Shown here piece by piece: positions 27,769-32,000 of a stretch of DNA of 32,000 nt (the stretch's first letter is position 1; every line of letters starts with the position of its first letter). The notes under the pieces were generated by a model. It searched no databases. It was given only the letters and a program-made list of their open reading frames with translations, and was not told the DNA's origin. The stretch is taken from positions 540,001-572,000 of the forward strand of contig NC_000918.1 of assembly GCF_000008625.1 (NCBI RefSeq). Direction: 5' to 3'. The position numbers and the translations under genes are program-made. This stretch comes from Aquifex aeolicus VF5 (GTDB lineage Bacteria > Aquificota > Aquificia > Aquificales > Aquificaceae).

Positions 27769-27890
27769 GCCCCTGGCAGCGACCTACTTTCCCGTGCCGC
27801 TGCCGGCACAGTATCATCGGCGCTGGGGGGCTTAACTGCCGGGTTCGGAATGGGACCGGGTGTTTCCCCCCCGCTATGGCCACCAGGGGC
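27769..27890 (-). rRNA. rrf: 5S rRNA
   Basis: The minus strand reads GCCCCTGGTGGCCATAGCGGGGGGGAAACACCCGGTCCCATTCCGAACCCGGCAGTTAAGCC...GGGAAAGTAGGTCGCTGCCAGGGGC. This includes the conserved CCGAAC and GTTAAG blocks and a closing helix I (GCCCCTGG/CCAGGGGC). Confidence 0.9.
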
Positions 27891-27895
27891 AATCC

Positions 27896-27931
27896 GTCAA
27901 CAGAATAAAGCCTGTACCTCCTCCCACCGGC

Positions 27932-27939
<8 letters not shown>
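27896..27939 (-). repeat. 3' arm of the 44-bp 23S rRNA processing stem (pairs with 30877-30920)
   Basis: GTCAACAGAATAAAGCCTGTACCTCCTCCCACCGGCGTGCAAGT is the reverse complement of 30877-30920 except at two positions. Both exceptions become G-U pairs in RNA. Confidence 0.8.
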
Positions 27940-30876
<2,937 letters not shown>

Positions 30877-30886
<10 letters not shown>

Positions 30887-30920
30887 CGGCGGGAGGAGGT
30901 ACAGGCTTTATTCTGTTGAC
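30877..30920 (-). repeat. 5' arm of the 44-bp 23S rRNA processing stem (pairs with 27896-27939)
   Basis: This is an inverted repeat of 27896-27939. It is also visible in the ORF track as mirrored peptides (NRIKPVPPPTGVQV and NRIKPVPPPAGVQV). Confidence 0.8.
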
Positions 30921-30931
30921 AAGGAGCCAAG

Positions 30932-31004
30932 TGGAGGTGGTGGGACTCGAACCCACGACCTCCTGCTTGCAAAGCAGGCGCTCTCCCAGCTGAGCTACAC
31001 CCCC
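30932..31004 (-). tRNA. tRNA-Ala (anticodon TGC), no encoded CCA
   Basis: The minus strand reads GGGGGTGTAGCTCAGCTGGGAGAGCGCCTGCTTTGCAAGCAGGAGGTCGTGGGTTCGAGTCCCACCACCTCCA. The G3:U70 identity pair is present. The anticodon loop is TTTGCAA. Confidence 0.93.
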
Positions 31005-31020
31005 GAAGGTGCCCCTAATA

Positions 31021-31094
31021 TGGGCCTCCCAGGACTCGAACCTGGGACCTTGCCCTTATCAGGGGCACGCTCTAACCAGCTGAGCTAGAGGCCC
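31021..31094 (-). tRNA. tRNA-Ile (anticodon GAT), no encoded CCA
   Basis: The minus strand reads GGGCCTCTAGCTCAGCTGGTTAGAGCGTGCCCCTGATAAGGGCAAGGTCCCAGGTTCGAGTCCTGGGAGGCCCA. The cloverleaf is clean and the anticodon loop is CTGATAA. Confidence 0.93.
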
Positions 31095-31198
31095 TGCTTT
31101 GCAAGGGGAGCAACTGAGTAGAGGGTGAGCCTCTCCTCCTTTTATATGCACTAGACAGGGATGAGCTCCCCTTTTGTGGGGAGCTTTTGTCTCCGTTA

Positions 31199-32000
<802 letters not shown>

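Noticed and set aside
31164-31190. A hairpin AGCTCCCC-TTTTGT-GGGGAGCT followed by TTTTGT on the + strand, resembling an intrinsic terminator.
   Set aside because: It lies in the 16S to tRNA-Ile spacer of a minus-strand rRNA operon, and there is no + strand gene to terminate. On the transcribed strand the stem is not followed by a U-tract. It is most likely spacer or processing structure of the pre-rRNA.

Overview
The window is a very compact, gene-dense bacterial chromosome segment. By recognition, not by search, it looks like Aquificales, most likely Aquifex aeolicus or a close relative. Supporting signs are K/E/I-rich thermophile proteins, a tethered cytochrome c555-type gene, and a very G+C-rich rRNA operon set in AT-rich coding DNA.

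I call 29 protein genes, 3 tRNAs and one rRNA operon on the minus strand (16S partial, tRNA-Ile, tRNA-Ala, 23S, 5S). Coding-strand DNA is strongly purine-rich. That explains the many long but spurious antisense ORFs in the supplied track.

Gene order is scrambled relative to canonical operons. hisD, rpmI, pyrC and murF all sit away from their usual partners. Seven gene junctions are ATGA start/stop overlaps. Four convergent gene pairs abut or overlap, leaving no room for terminators.

Observations most worth follow-up:
1. An uncharacterised respiratory-looking module at 16543-18718: a DUF2231-like membrane protein, a tri-heme cytochrome c and a penta-heme lipoprotein cytochrome c, all translationally coupled.
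2. A cytosolic short-form [NiFe] hydrogenase whose small-subunit ATG lies 7 nt after the encoded CCA of tRNA-Pro. The only good promoter is upstream of the tRNA. The small subunit also has a CC(G)N motif where the proximal-cluster CxxC normally sits.
3. A stand-alone N-terminal (1B barrel) domain of a Upf1/IGHMBP2-like helicase with no helicase core, ATGA-coupled to a menaquinone radical-SAM gene.
4. A recurring leaderless-type signature: a TATAAT-like hexamer 7-10 nt before the start codon with no Shine-Dalgarno. It occurs at several operon-first genes, including a 24-bp divergent coaBC/hemL spacer and murF 23 nt downstream of 5S rRNA.

I saw no CRISPR array, IS element, prophage or obvious defence island.
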